Origin: Vicinamibacteria bacterium
GTDB taxonomy: Bacteria > Acidobacteriota > Vicinamibacteria > Marinacidobacterales > Marinacidobacteraceae
DNA length: 64,000 bases
Assembly: GCA_964291235.2 (NCBI GenBank)
Contig: OZ219815.1
Location: forward strand, 1,024,001-1,088,000
Direction: 5' to 3'
Shown here in pieces: positions 63,976 to 64,000 of this stretch. The notes beneath the pieces were generated by a model. That model was given only the letters and a program-made list of their open reading frames with translations. It did no database searches and was not told the origin of the DNA. Positions within the stretch are counted from its first letter, which is position 1. Each line of letters starts with the position of its first letter. Made by a program: the position numbers and the translations under genes.

Positions 63976-64000
63976 TCCGGCGGAGTCCGGCGGGCGCCGT

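Overview
This is a high-GC bacterial chromosomal window. By inference it comes from a marine, probably sponge-associated diderm (Acidobacteriota-like), based on a SupA-type KS-AT-DH-cMT-ER-KR polyketide synthase running off the left edge, a complete Na+-NQR operon (nqrA-F, apbE, putative nqrM), mfd with two SurA-like PPIases, and tandem carboxypeptidase-regulatory-domain TonB-dependent receptors. Small accessory modules sit between the housekeeping genes: hipBA, vapBC, dinJ with a truncated yafQ, an orphan HTH antitoxin, a SAM-methyltransferase-HNH fusion, an SRA-like HNH nuclease, an IS3 element, a CTAG-flanked MITE, a family of composite REP-like palindromes and an 11 x 32-bp tandem array. 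The most unusual signal appears at two independent loci. A sub-kilobase, integrase-free toxin-antitoxin cassette lies directly behind a host gene and is followed by a second copy of that gene's 3' coding end, diverged largely at synonymous sites. One locus may carry a third, older tail copy, which suggests serial cassette capture with 3'-end replacement. Also notable are an IS3 inserted exactly in a REP hairpin loop, stacked start-codon relics at the hipB/hipA junction, and probable non-ATG starts for the PKS and apbE. All calls come from reading the sequence; no database searches were run.
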